Positions 19,801 through 30,300 of a DNA stretch of 64,000 nucleotides are shown here, one piece after another. The DNA comes from a virus (Duplodnaviria > Heunggongvirae > Uroviricota > Caudoviricetes), in IMG/VR virus record IMGVR_UViG_3300012943_000028, positions 112,642 to 176,641 of that record. The stretch is one strand, 5' to 3'. Position 1 is the stretch's first letter. Every line of letters begins with the position of its first letter. The position numbers and the translations under genes are program-made. The notes under the pieces are model-generated. The model was not told the DNA's origin and made no database searches. It saw only the letters and a list, made by a program, of their open reading frames with translations.

Positions 19801-22800
19801 TCGCAACAGCCTCGTGCTGAACATTGAGAAGAAGCTCTACGACAGCGTTCACCCTGCCCAGCAGCAGAACCTTGACATGCTTGCCGACGTTTCAGCTTCA
19901 CCACAGGCCGACACGTACACTGAGATCGAGCTCGCAATCTTCGCTGCCAAGTACGGCTACGACATCTACGGTCCAGACTATGACGCCGCAAACGCGTTCA
20001 CCTGGAACTATTCACAGGCCACCATCCCTGGCTTTGTGACCGTTCCTGCCCGCTGGTCTGAGATTCTAAAGGAGTACTTCGGCGCGCAGGCAAACACGTT
20101 GTCAACCGACCGCCCTGACGTCTACCCATGGATGCTTGGCACCACGTTGTTCCCAGCATCAGTCAACAAGCCAGTTGGTTGGGACTCGCTCTATAAGAAC
20201 AACATTGTCGCTACCTCAAATACTGCTGGCGCTGTGGTCGTTGCTACGACTCCTGTTGGCCTGCTCATGGGCCTGCAGACTATCGACGGTTACACGCTTC
20301 AGAACGGTGACCGTGTTCTTCTCATCGCACAAGGTGCGGCTCAGTTCAACGGCCTGTACACCGCATCAGCTGGTGGCTGGTCAAGAACTGCTGACACGCT
20401 TGTCACCGGTTTGACCGTCAACGTATCTGGCGGCGATCAGTTTGCTGGCACTACGTGGGTCATCACGACCGCTGGCGCCATCATCGTCAACACAACGCCA
20501 ATTACGTTTGAGCAGTCGCGCGTCTGGTCTGACCAGATGTGGACTGACATCAAGGCCTACAATCCAGGCGTGAAGATGAGCGTCAACACCACGACCGACG
20601 TTCTGCTGCCACCATATGTTTCTCCATCTTCGTTCTTCGCCGCTGAGGCGATGACGAACACGATCCCACCTGGTGCAAATCTTGGCTACCAGTTTGGCGA
20701 CTTGGGTCCAGTTGAGCTCGTGTGGTCGAAGTCTCTCGAGTACTACTACGGCATCGCGCGTACGTACTTCAAGCTCTTCCCGCTGAAGTTCCTTGACTCA
20801 AGCTGGGGTGAGACGTACGTTTCAACTGGCACGAACCTCCGCAATGAGCGCAACCTCGTAACGTCGCTGCCTGCTCAGAAGTTCCTGATGCATGGAGAGC
20901 GCCTCAACCTCATCAACACCTACACTCCAGATGAGGCCAAGAAGCGCATCAAGGGTGCGCCAGGCTCTATCGTCTGGGGACCAGACTTTGGTAGCGTTGT
21001 ATCGTTTAAGGTAACTCACACGGCATCCACTGGCCAAGTCGGTGATCTCGGTGCCATGGGTCCATCAGCAACCGTGTTTGATGTCACGGTTGATGGCAAC
21101 CACATCGCTTACGTATTTGAGGGTGTTCCATTCACCTTCGCATACGGCAGTGGTGATGAAACAGTCACCTTCACCAACATCATCGTTGAGGACTTTGGTA
21201 TCCCATTTGAGATGGGTGATACCATCAACATCGACTTCACACCTGATACGGTCACAACTGAAATTCCAGATGTTGGCACTGACTTCGTGTATGGCATCCT
21301 TGGTTGTGAGGGCTGCGTTGCTGACGCAACCCCAGACCCAACTGCAATCGTTACGGACATCCAGCACCAGCCGACCTTTGAGTTCATCGCTGGTCAGGTG
21401 AAGGTGTTCAAGGGCGTTGGTCAGTGGTTCACAAACCTGCTACGCTACTCATACATCGACACTGGTGTTTCAACAGCAGCCCTTGCATACCGTGGTTGGA
21501 ACATCAACCTTGTTCACCGCCTCGGTGCTCTAATTCGTCCAGACTCTCTGGTCATCAACACGGCATCTGGTGAGGTTCCATCTACTGGGTTTGAGATGCT
21601 TCTCAAGCGCTCAGAGAAGACTGAGAGCATGTGGATTTCTGGTCTGCGAGTGCAGCTCGTACAGATGGGAACGAAGGTTCTCAACCCAACCGGCCTGTAC
21701 GTACCAAAGACGGATGCTGCAGACTGGATTTTCCGTATCGAGGTCTACAACCCATACCACCCACTGATCGAGTATAACGTGCTCGACAACTCAGGTCCAT
21801 TCACAACCTTCTATGCGCTCAATAAGAACAGCACAGAAAGGGTGTGGAAGCGCTACACAACTTCGACAGGCACGACCACCTCGACGATGCCAATGCAGGT
21901 GACGGGTCTGCAGAACACGCTTGACATCATCTATGGCTATGTGGACCAGCTCGAAGAGCAGGGCTTCAAGATCAACGCTGCACGTTCAGCGGTCATCGAT
22001 CAGGACACTGGTCGCAACATTGACTGGCAGCTCGAGGTTGAGAAGTTCATCGACACCATCTACCAGGGTGTGAACGCTGGTACTGGCATCATCCTCAACC
22101 CATTCATGGACAAGCTGTTCCTTGACACTCCAAATGGTCTGATGAGCCGCTACACTGACTCGAAGTTCCTTGATCCAGTTTCCACGCAGGCATGCTACGA
22201 CGTCATCGGCGCCGTGATCCCAGTCAGCAAGCTCAGCGTCATCCGTACCGATCCAAACACGATCACGCACTCAACAACGCCGATCTTCTCAGCTCACGTC
22301 TTCATCGACGAGTATGAGCACGCAATTCTTTTCAACAGCAACTTCTCGAACGATCCAACGTCATCAACGATCTTCGATCAGTTCCTTGGTTCATACCTCA
22401 ACACCGCATATCTGTCATTCAACCGCCAGAACCGTGTTGATGGCAAGCCAACGTTTGACGGCTTCTTCCTGAACGATAACGACATCATCAGAAACCCAGC
22501 ATCGTCAGTTGACGCTCTCGCCAGGGTCTACGATGCAGGCCAGACTTTCAATGAGCCGAAGATGGCTCAGCACGCACTGGCTCTCATTGGCTACAAGAAC
22601 AAGGCATACTTCGACAGCATCGGCATCAGCGATCAGACGCAGCTTGACTTCTGGCGTGGTATGATTGGTGCTAAGGGCACGAACCTTACGGTCGATGCCT
22701 TCACCAACTACAAGTCATTCCTCGACTCTTCTGTCGATGAGTTCTGGGCGTACAAGCTTGCCACTTACGGTGATGCACGTGAGCGCACCTTCCCTGAGGT

Positions 22801-25699
22801 GAAGATCGCTCCTAATGACTGCACACGTCAGTTCACTGGCATTCAGTTCTACTCCTCAAACGACCTGTCATACTCGGCACTGCCGCTCTACGTTCAAGTC
22901 GAGGCGTACGACGATACCCGTTGGTTTACCATCGACGACCTCGGTACGGTGCTGCGCTTCGACGCACGCCCAGTCTCTGAGCTTGTAACGGTTGCCACAG
23001 GCCCATTCCCTCAGTACATCCCACTTGCCAACACGTACCACACGGGTGATGCGTTCAACCCAAGTGTAACGCCAGGTGGTGCATCGCTTGTTGCTGCAAA
23101 TATCCTCAAGGTCACAGCCGTTGGTACGTACACGGTTTCAGGCTACACTTGGATCAACCCAACCAAGCTGTCGCCAATCAAGCTGTTCGACTATTCAACT
23201 GAGAACCTCGTAACGCAGATCAGCCTGTGGCACCCAGCCATCGGCATCCATGAACCGCTCGCCCTTGAGCTCGTCAACATGCAGACGCCTGTTGATCCAG
23301 CCCACTACAGCTACACCACGCTGACAACTGACAACCCTAACTACATGACGCTCAAGCCATGGAATGAGCAGGAAGTTGGGCGTGTCTGGTGGGACACGAG
23401 CACGCTCGCCTACATCCCGTACCACGATGCGTTCATGTTCACAAACCGTGAAGCACGTCAGTCACGTTGGGGTTCACTCACAGAATACGCTAGCGTTGAT
23501 CTCTACCAGTGGACCGAGTCTGACTACCACCCATCAGAGTACAACGAGCAGGCTGCCGCCCAAGAGGGCGACTCAAGCATCGACCAGTCCATCCGCCTGT
23601 CGGGTGAGGTTGGCTTCACGAACTACTACCAGGCAAACCGCAGCGTTACCATCAAGCCAATCGCTTGGTCGCAGACGAGCAGCTCAAACGGTCTCGCACA
23701 TCCAGCCTTTGGTCCAGCAACGTTTGTCAAGGTGTTCAACTCGAACGACCGCCTGATCGTCGATACTGGCCGCCTTGCCGACATAAACATCGTCGCTGGC
23801 TACAACTTCGGTGGTTGGGACATCATCAACAGCAAGCCAGTCGGTGAGGTCGTCATCGGTGGCGATCTGTTCTACGACATCGGTTCGTCAACAACTCCAG
23901 GCGCTCCTTCACTGGTTCCAGGTTCAAACCTTACAACCATGTCAGTTGAGGCGATTGAAGTTGACGGTGCCCTTGGCAACCGTATCGGCGCCATCACGCT
24001 GAGCGACGCATCTGACACCGTGACTGGACAGGGATACCTCAGAATGTCCGATCAGCTCGGCTTCTTTGAGGACGTTCCAGTTAGCGACTGGGAAAGCCCA
24101 GCGCTTGAACGCGTCTTCTCGTTTGAGAAGTTCGGCCTCAACGTCAGAATCACCCGCAACGCTGGTGGTCTGATCACCGCAAACGTTGTCATCGCCGACA
24201 TGATCGACTCTGACAATGACATCTTCGTTCGTGAAGCCGTCAACTACACTAAGATCGTTGACCTTCCAGACGTCGCCTTCAGCAACGACACCGCCGATCT
24301 TCTCGACTACGGTTGGAAGGTGTGGCAGGTTCCTGCTCAGGCAGACCTCAGCGCCGACCTCGCCTTCCCAAACAACAAGTGGCAGCCATACATTGGCGAG
24401 CCTACTGTCATCTCGATCACGACCGACGTTGCTAAGGAGATGGCAAAGGCTACCAACACGTGGACGCTTGCAAACGGAATCTCAGTCACCCGCTACACTT
24501 CAGAGTGGAGCGAGTGGATCAAGCTCGTCAACACCGTGCAGACGCAGGTTTCAGACGGTACCACGGCCGCCCAGTTCACGTTCACCGCTGAGGATGAGCT
24601 CGATGCAAACCGCCTGTCAATCTACGCTAACGGCATCCAGCTGGCTCCAGCCACGGTAGTGATCTCCGGGAACGTTGCTCAGGTCGTAAATACCCAGCCA
24701 GAGGGAACGTTGATCTATGCGCTGTATCGCCCATACCAGCCGACAGCGGCCGATCTCGCCTTTGACCCAGCGGTTGAAGATGATTTCCAGGTGCAGAGCT
24801 GGTACAAGGTGGACTATCAGTACACCGAGCGCACGGTCCGCAACTCAAACGGCAACATCGCTGGCAAGAAGTACTACTTCTGGGTAAAGAACAAGACCGT
24901 TCCGGAGACAAGCAAGTCAATGTCGCTCGAGCAGGCAGCCAACCTCCTAAGGTACGGCTCTTCAACGTACATGATCTTCTCGAGGCTCGTGTCTGACACG
25001 GCAGCCGAAGGTGGTGCTGCGTATGACTCATGCGCAATCTCTGGCCTCAGCCGCCTGGTCACCAAGACCGACGCCCTTAAGCTGCGCTTCCTCCGTGACT
25101 TCACTCTTCGTGATGATCCTGAAGAGCTTAAGCTGAAGAACGTTCACACTGAGTGGAAGCTGATTCGCCAGCACATGTCCGACAAGATTCCTGCCCAGCT
25201 GTGGGCATCGCTGACCAACGCCATCTGCGGTGAGGACGTTGCAGGCAACCCACTGCCTTCACAAACCCGTGTCAACTACGATGAGAAGTACGGCACGAAC
25301 ACTCGCTTCGGCTTCGAGTCGGACCAAATCTTCGTTGACAGTGCGCTTGCGCTTGATTCGATCGTCAACACGATCCTCAACACGTCGCTCGTCATCAACA
25401 TCGGCCCAGTGACCATCATTGACTACATCACTGCCCTCAACATCTCCTCAAGCACAACTGAGGATCAGCTGAAGGATTCGTGGTTCTCATCATCTGCTCA
25501 ATCGCGCGCTACGATGAACCTGATCTACTCAACGGCACGTGCCTCACAGATCAACGAGCTCTTCTTCAGCGTTCTCAATGATGCGCTTGCAAACAACTAC
25601 GAGTTCACCGATCTCTTCAAGACCTCATTGATCACCGTCAACTCAACCACTATCGTTGAGGCTCAGACGACGGCTGAACAGGCCGACGAGTTCTACTAA
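16838..25699 (+). CDS. giant virion structural protein (2953 aa; probable baseplate wedge/fibre scaffold)
   Basis: Uninterrupted ORF after gp6-like; PPINYDKFINYANYYW, VGRVWWD and YYFWVKNK motifs; two IDG...GDRVL...NG.Y domains. Confidence 0.7.
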   Translation: MAQNIDFNKLIPGTLKNEMLDSLVKNLFNRFVSQEDSVLVSGRIGTPVAGDNDIQQPNLERQENELVPGLTFSAGKEKFVFTFEDFINKMEVLDVDISSLREWMAEQTFNYSPPINYDKFINYANYYWTGQAIDDVPPSWNQDNSPEYYVIGRPLPNDLEKMPVRLATTRNINLEINDRPTETLTITFTSTTNFTISSDIDANVYTSVNTIPITPGAQTLVVVKTQDTGVAPSLDAPGNPDYDLCQLYIVNGTTPFAAGDTITVQITYFTSDIFISVDSPSLIGKGTANGVATLSPFMYIDGVQVEIGDRILVKNQADAVENGIYTVLRGTQWIRTFDAMYDTNLAVGTKVYVTNGTQAGYTYELTTKVPFGPQDGVTLSSFLSFTLLSTTLPSPVNDWQLYNYWVHKDDIYQYADLGVTLSNVSQANRPIIEYNNRLHMNFAIDGEGNPTDAVSTNVTTSIACNQPKTRFNQIPQFDLYRYDGTHAGTTSGIWYYVEDPNFETDSVLRRRVATTINSDYVFGCAATDDLGRLYYYKVDGVLQSIWAPGVTGPSTSTPLFSGVSDDSAGAVTFGPLSTTTDNQQWTIIFTSATTADVHGTRSGDVGTLTVGTPFVVDDFTVTIAAGITPYSAGDRFTFNTYNKLAPRYIKENPDGSIVNYPGGYAADQALVEPVGAWLTPARMFQNMYRQTREEINFGDFITHGRSVLKWQDGFTGSSFGNNNSRTLDFNKGLGGQIHEFGSNFPLLASMLIEQDISPLTILTFAEQQYNVALSSIDQFIINEIPGYLASVGQIETSTIDASAADIVALEEYFEQLRSADVNLSAVFSDTTALVSNWPATLPMIGLLPKVLPTIQLDDEMNVYVIVHHDGHVSTLATFDQQLNTKLTKTPVLRSDGSTTAGFFMATTPSFPTNTPYARQLWFKTTDGSLAVFDVTFDTEDTPTSALNGQYWYKRSTNVLYQWDDSLNVWVISVDPPASRWIAFSPENVRNSLVLNIEKKLYDSVHPAQQQNLDMLADVSASPQADTYTEIELAIFAAKYGYDIYGPDYDAANAFTWNYSQATIPGFVTVPARWSEILKEYFGAQANTLSTDRPDVYPWMLGTTLFPASVNKPVGWDSLYKNNIVATSNTAGAVVVATTPVGLLMGLQTIDGYTLQNGDRVLLIAQGAAQFNGLYTASAGGWSRTADTLVTGLTVNVSGGDQFAGTTWVITTAGAIIVNTTPITFEQSRVWSDQMWTDIKAYNPGVKMSVNTTTDVLLPPYVSPSSFFAAEAMTNTIPPGANLGYQFGDLGPVELVWSKSLEYYYGIARTYFKLFPLKFLDSSWGETYVSTGTNLRNERNLVTSLPAQKFLMHGERLNLINTYTPDEAKKRIKGAPGSIVWGPDFGSVVSFKVTHTASTGQVGDLGAMGPSATVFDVTVDGNHIAYVFEGVPFTFAYGSGDETVTFTNIIVEDFGIPFEMGDTINIDFTPDTVTTEIPDVGTDFVYGILGCEGCVADATPDPTAIVTDIQHQPTFEFIAGQVKVFKGVGQWFTNLLRYSYIDTGVSTAALAYRGWNINLVHRLGALIRPDSLVINTASGEVPSTGFEMLLKRSEKTESMWISGLRVQLVQMGTKVLNPTGLYVPKTDAADWIFRIEVYNPYHPLIEYNVLDNSGPFTTFYALNKNSTERVWKRYTTSTGTTTSTMPMQVTGLQNTLDIIYGYVDQLEEQGFKINAARSAVIDQDTGRNIDWQLEVEKFIDTIYQGVNAGTGIILNPFMDKLFLDTPNGLMSRYTDSKFLDPVSTQACYDVIGAVIPVSKLSVIRTDPNTITHSTTPIFSAHVFIDEYEHAILFNSNFSNDPTSSTIFDQFLGSYLNTAYLSFNRQNRVDGKPTFDGFFLNDNDIIRNPASSVDALARVYDAGQTFNEPKMAQHALALIGYKNKAYFDSIGISDQTQLDFWRGMIGAKGTNLTVDAFTNYKSFLDSSVDEFWAYKLATYGDARERTFPEVKIAPNDCTRQFTGIQFYSSNDLSYSALPLYVQVEAYDDTRWFTIDDLGTVLRFDARPVSELVTVATGPFPQYIPLANTYHTGDAFNPSVTPGGASLVAANILKVTAVGTYTVSGYTWINPTKLSPIKLFDYSTENLVTQISLWHPAIGIHEPLALELVNMQTPVDPAHYSYTTLTTDNPNYMTLKPWNEQEVGRVWWDTSTLAYIPYHDAFMFTNREARQSRWGSLTEYASVDLYQWTESDYHPSEYNEQAAAQEGDSSIDQSIRLSGEVGFTNYYQANRSVTIKPIAWSQTSSSNGLAHPAFGPATFVKVFNSNDRLIVDTGRLADINIVAGYNFGGWDIINSKPVGEVVIGGDLFYDIGSSTTPGAPSLVPGSNLTTMSVEAIEVDGALGNRIGAITLSDASDTVTGQGYLRMSDQLGFFEDVPVSDWESPALERVFSFEKFGLNVRITRNAGGLITANVVIADMIDSDNDIFVREAVNYTKIVDLPDVAFSNDTADLLDYGWKVWQVPAQADLSADLAFPNNKWQPYIGEPTVISITTDVAKEMAKATNTWTLANGISVTRYTSEWSEWIKLVNTVQTQVSDGTTAAQFTFTAEDELDANRLSIYANGIQLAPATVVISGNVAQVVNTQPEGTLIYALYRPYQPTAADLAFDPAVEDDFQVQSWYKVDYQYTERTVRNSNGNIAGKKYYFWVKNKTVPETSKSMSLEQAANLLRYGSSTYMIFSRLVSDTAAEGGAAYDSCAISGLSRLVTKTDALKLRFLRDFTLRDDPEELKLKNVHTEWKLIRQHMSDKIPAQLWASLTNAICGEDVAGNPLPSQTRVNYDEKYGTNTRFGFESDQIFVDSALALDSIVNTILNTSLVINIGPVTIIDYITALNISSSTTEDQLKDSWFSSSAQSRATMNLIYSTARASQINELFFSVLNDALANNYEFTDLFKTSLITVNSTTIVEAQTTAEQADEFY

Positions 25700-28600
25700 T
25701 GGCCACATCTAACAGCATCGCAGCCCAGTCTAGCAGGCACCTACAGAGCCTGGTTGACTACGTCCTGGACGTAAAGCCTTATCACACCAAGGTTAGCGTC
25801 AGCGGTGCTGTGTCTGAGTCGTACATCTTCTCAGACGCCATCAACGTCAACGTAACAGAGCTGCACTCAACTCGCGCATACTTGGGAGCCGACCTTCTGC
25901 CAGACAGCTTCACGCTGCTTGGTGTTCGTGAGCGTGAGACCTTCAGCTGGTGGCAGGAGATCATCTCTGACGGTGTTCGTGTCACATGGCCTATGCCGCT
26001 CTTCTCGAACCCAAAGTTTGCATCACAAGCACGCCTTGAGACGTTTGTTGGCGGTGTTGATGATCTTCAGGAAATTCCTGGCCTTACAACCGGCGTCTTC
26101 AACCAGAAGCGTTGGGACGGTCCAGGCATTACGGACGTTCGCCTCAACGACACCCACCTTCAGGACACGGTTGACTACACGCTCAGCCATGGTGCCTTCA
26201 CGTTCGACATCATCGACACCGGTTCCTCGAAGCAGTGGATCAGAAACGACCTCGTCAACATCCCAGCCTTCGGCGGCAACGATGCATCGCTCGTCTACAA
26301 CAACGTCATCAGCGACGCTGGCACCCTCATCGACGTAAGCGGTGAAACCTTTGAAGAGTTCAAGGCAGTCTGTACCTTCGGTATCGACAGCGTTGGTTAC
26401 AACGAGGGCGTTACGCCTGTCGTTCTGACTGTCTATTCATACCTCGATGACTTCACCACTCCTCTTGGAACTGTCAACTTTGGTGACACATTCACGCTGA
26501 TGAGCGGCCCGGACATTCGTATTCAGTTCACGTTCACCTTTGCCCCAATCGAGGGTGAAGAAACGGCAGAGCTTGGTGATGAATGGATCATCTCACCATT
26601 CAATAGAATCACCGCAGGCCCGGCAGCTGGAGAAGAAACATGGTCGCTCATTAAGAGCAACCCTATCCGCCTTGTTGGTGCGCCAACATTTACGCCTGGT
26701 GCACCACGTACTGACTCTCCAGCAATCGAGATTCACACCCGCTCTATTGAGCTTACTGCAGCATCTACTTGGACGCTCACATTCAATGGTGGCGGTAATT
26801 ACACGCTTAACTCATCACTTCCTGGATATCCGCTTGTCATCAGCCTCGTTGATGGCTGCTCGTACAAGGACAGCAACGTTGCATTCACCATCATTCCTAC
26901 AACCACTGGATGGAATGTTGGTGACCAGTTTGCGTGGGAAATTGGCGCTGATGAGGCACACTACAAGGTGTTCGGAAGCGTTTCAGGCTGGCAGGCAGAT
27001 GCAACGGTCGGTGAGTGGTACTGGAACGGTAAGATCGGCTTCAAGATTCCACGCCTCGACTACTTCGCCGACGCATCAACATCAACCATCGCCATTTCTG
27101 GAGATGGTGATTCGTGGGAAACAATCGTCAGCAACCCTCAAGAGCTGAAGAGCATCATCTTCAGCAACAACGCGTTCTTTACCACTGGCACTAACTCCGT
27201 AGTTGCAGCGTCAGCCGATGCCCTCACGTGGACATCAGACGTACAGTCTATCTTCACACCAGGTCCTAACGAACTTCTTATGATCGTTGGCGAGGGTGGC
27301 TCTATCGCTGTTACAAGCGATGGTGACACGTGGACTATGGAAGATACTGGCGTCAGCTATAATCTGCACTCATCAACCATCATCCCTGACTTCCTCACCG
27401 TCGGTCCTGACTTGGTCGACTGCGCTATCGCCGTTGGTGACAACGGCACCATCATTACGTCGGTTGTCAACCTACTTAACCCAATGGGTTGGGCAACACA
27501 GGACAGCGGTGTATCCGCAAACCTGTATGCAATTACCTGGTCGAATGATGCCATCATCGTCGTTGGCGAGGGTGGAACGGTGATTCGCTCGCTAGACAGA
27601 ATTACATGGACACCGATCGTAAGCAACACGGCGCAGACGCTGCGTGACATCATCTACGATGCTGGTTCAAATGCGTTCATCGCCGTAGGTGACAATGGCA
27701 CCATCATCCGTTCAATTGACGGCGGTCTAACATGGTCTAACCTCGGCATCTTTACCGACGGTGACTTCAGCGCTATCGCCTTCGGTGGCGGTGAGTTCAT
27801 TGCCGTCGGCCCGGCTGGCTACATCGGACAGTCACCAGACGGTATCGCATGGACCCGCTACTCAGGCCGTCCATTCAACGACGTTGCGTATGGTAATGGT
27901 ACGTTTGTTGCTGTTGGTGGAACGTTGAACCTTTCCGTTCCATTCACGCCAGCAAACATCAACACGCTCACCACGAACGTGAACGCAAAGCCAAGCGTGA
28001 TGATCGAACCATCGGTCTACACGATCACCTTCACGAAGCAGTCTGACACGGCCAACTCAATTCCTGGCGAGGCCAAGGTGTTCAACAACATCTACGGCTA
28101 CGGCCCAAACCTCAAGACTGGCCAGGTGTGGAGCGATGGTTACTCGGCATTCCAGATCGACACTATCCTCGGTGAGCTTGAGTTCGGACCTGGCGACATC
28201 GTCAATGTCTACATCGCACCAGACTTCATCGTAACTGCTGACATCGGCTACGACACGTTCCCGTACGACTCATCTGGCTACGACGCAAACAACGTGAACA
28301 TTGAGGTTCCTTGGCTGTACAACAGCGAGCTGTACCCTCTCTACCACGCCCATGGCGCAGTGATCGTTCCAACGGCGGCAACTGACGATGACATCATCAT
28401 CGACAAGGCGTTCCTTGATCGTGTGAAGTTCAGGGTTGTTGGTGCAACGGCCAATTTCCCAGAGCTCGGGGCAGTTGACGACTGGATTCCGCTATTCTTC
28501 AAGTACTCTGACAATGTCGACAGCAACCTCAACTCAACTTCAACGGCCGAGTTCTCAGACCTAGGCATGTTCGTTGAGGCGTTCTCTGCTGCCAGCGGTC

Positions 28601-29568
28601 AGCGCGTGTTCTACATTCTGTCACCACGCTTCAACAAGACGAACCGTGCATCAGCTTCGCAGCTCGTATTCGACGAAGACTTCTTTGCCGACTACATGCC
28701 GTTCAACACGAAGTACTCGATCCTCGTTGAGCCAGACCAGAGCTACGGTCAGACCATCCGCGTGAAGGTGACTGAGCAGCTGAAGGTCTACGCCCGCATC
28801 GAGCTGATCCTCGGCGACATCATGCCGGTCATCATCACAGATGATCCAATCGTTGCATTCGAGACGGTCGCAGAGATTGAATTCATCGACCTCATGAACG
28901 TTCAGTTCATTGAGGGTGGCGCATTGCCAATCGCCGGCTACGACTTCGGCGGTTACGACGACTTCCCATACGACTTCAACCAGGCAGTCGTTACCGGCTT
29001 TGGCGGTTCAGAGCACTACATTCCTGCCATGCTGCAGGGTTGGGTTGAGCTGTCACCGGGTGTCTTCGATTACACTGGTGATCCAAACGACTGGCTGATT
29101 CCGAATGGAACACCAGATGGAACGTTCGGTACGTCCATCGCAGAGACGACCAGTGATGTAACCGTCGGCTCAAGCTTTGCTGAGGCGCTCTCGATCCTCA
29201 TGACCGAGACTGGCTCCGGCAACATCCCAGTCGGTTCACGCTACATCACGTCGATCTACGACTACGATCAGGCAAACGTGGCCGAGGGTGGCAACCCAGT
29301 CGGTACTCACGGCCTCCCAGTTGAGGTAGCCGGTTCGTTCACCGTGAACGACGTCCTGACCGTGAAGCTGCAGAACTTCGTTGGTTCACCATCCAACTGG
29401 ATCGTGGCACCAGAAAGCAACCTTTTCGATACCAGCTCAGGTCCAATCAACTTCACGAGGTTCGAGCTGGACACTGGAACAGTGATCACCGACCCGAACT
29501 CGTTCGACATCAACCTCGGTACCGAGGCCCCAACCCTAACCGGTCCATTCCGCATCTGGATCGTGTAA
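25699..29568 (+). CDS. virion structural protein with Ycf48/BNR-like beta-propeller
   Basis: VKPYHTK N-terminal motif; repeated AVGDNGTI..S.DG.TW blades; GYD..PYD repeats. Confidence 0.7.
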   Translation: MATSNSIAAQSSRHLQSLVDYVLDVKPYHTKVSVSGAVSESYIFSDAINVNVTELHSTRAYLGADLLPDSFTLLGVRERETFSWWQEIISDGVRVTWPMPLFSNPKFASQARLETFVGGVDDLQEIPGLTTGVFNQKRWDGPGITDVRLNDTHLQDTVDYTLSHGAFTFDIIDTGSSKQWIRNDLVNIPAFGGNDASLVYNNVISDAGTLIDVSGETFEEFKAVCTFGIDSVGYNEGVTPVVLTVYSYLDDFTTPLGTVNFGDTFTLMSGPDIRIQFTFTFAPIEGEETAELGDEWIISPFNRITAGPAAGEETWSLIKSNPIRLVGAPTFTPGAPRTDSPAIEIHTRSIELTAASTWTLTFNGGGNYTLNSSLPGYPLVISLVDGCSYKDSNVAFTIIPTTTGWNVGDQFAWEIGADEAHYKVFGSVSGWQADATVGEWYWNGKIGFKIPRLDYFADASTSTIAISGDGDSWETIVSNPQELKSIIFSNNAFFTTGTNSVVAASADALTWTSDVQSIFTPGPNELLMIVGEGGSIAVTSDGDTWTMEDTGVSYNLHSSTIIPDFLTVGPDLVDCAIAVGDNGTIITSVVNLLNPMGWATQDSGVSANLYAITWSNDAIIVVGEGGTVIRSLDRITWTPIVSNTAQTLRDIIYDAGSNAFIAVGDNGTIIRSIDGGLTWSNLGIFTDGDFSAIAFGGGEFIAVGPAGYIGQSPDGIAWTRYSGRPFNDVAYGNGTFVAVGGTLNLSVPFTPANINTLTTNVNAKPSVMIEPSVYTITFTKQSDTANSIPGEAKVFNNIYGYGPNLKTGQVWSDGYSAFQIDTILGELEFGPGDIVNVYIAPDFIVTADIGYDTFPYDSSGYDANNVNIEVPWLYNSELYPLYHAHGAVIVPTAATDDDIIIDKAFLDRVKFRVVGATANFPELGAVDDWIPLFFKYSDNVDSNLNSTSTAEFSDLGMFVEAFSAASGQRVFYILSPRFNKTNRASASQLVFDEDFFADYMPFNTKYSILVEPDQSYGQTIRVKVTEQLKVYARIELILGDIMPVIITDDPIVAFETVAEIEFIDLMNVQFIEGGALPIAGYDFGGYDDFPYDFNQAVVTGFGGSEHYIPAMLQGWVELSPGVFDYTGDPNDWLIPNGTPDGTFGTSIAETTSDVTVGSSFAEALSILMTETGSGNIPVGSRYITSIYDYDQANVAEGGNPVGTHGLPVEVAGSFTVNDVLTVKLQNFVGSPSNWIVAPESNLFDTSSGPINFTRFELDTGTVITDPNSFDINLGTEAPTLTGPFRIWIV

Positions 29569-29578
29569 CTTGAAAGCC

Positions 29579-29586
29579 CATAAATA
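29579..29586 (+). promoter_or_regulatory. late promoter
   Basis: CATAAATA in intergenic gap. Confidence 0.55.
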
Positions 29587-29622
29587 TAGCACGCAGGTGA
29601 GAAGCGCACCAATGGAGAAATC

Positions 29623-30255
29623 ATGAGCTCAGTTAATCTCAACTTCAAGGTCAAGGGTCACGTCCACATTAAGGACGCCAAGACCGGCGAGGTCCTTCTA
29701 GACAAGGACAACGCAATCCACAACCAGAACATGGCTGTGGCGATTGCACGCGGCCTTTCGAACACTGACTTCGATGCCATCGGTACTCACCAGATTTACG
29801 CCCTCGCGCTTGGCAATGGTGGTTCTGACGTCAACAACATGAACCAGATCACGTATCTTCCACCAAACGTAAGCAGCGGCGCAGCTGACCGTCTGTATAA
29901 CCAGACGTACTACGAGGTGGTTGACGAACAGCAGGCTGGAACTCCATCTGAAAACTCGGTCACCTACCAGCAGAGCGGTATCGACACGACATCAATCGTG
30001 ATCATCACCGCAACGATTGCTGCTGGCCAGCCATCTGGTCAGGACATCTCTGATTCTCCACCAGACCCAAACTTCAACTCAGAGTTTGCATTTGACGAAC
30101 TCGGTCTTTACACCTATGGCACGAACGGTGCGTTCACCGATGGTGGTGTTCCAGTTGACTCACTACTTCTGACGCACATCATCTTCTCGCCAATTCTCAA
30201 GACCGCTAACCGTGAGCTCGTAATCACCTACACACTCACCGTGAGCGTAAGCTAA
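29623..30255 (+). CDS. baseplate/tail-fibre attachment structural protein
   Basis: KGHVHI, NAIH, FDELGL and THIIFSPILK..NR...ITYTL; GGAG RBS. Confidence 0.65.
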   Translation: MSSVNLNFKVKGHVHIKDAKTGEVLLDKDNAIHNQNMAVAIARGLSNTDFDAIGTHQIYALALGNGGSDVNNMNQITYLPPNVSSGAADRLYNQTYYEVVDEQQAGTPSENSVTYQQSGIDTTSIVIITATIAAGQPSGQDISDSPPDPNFNSEFAFDELGLYTYGTNGAFTDGGVPVDSLLLTHIIFSPILKTANRELVITYTLTVSVS

Positions 30256-30300
30256 GACAGCACACTTGCGGTGGTATCACCACCTTAACAGAGGTACCAA

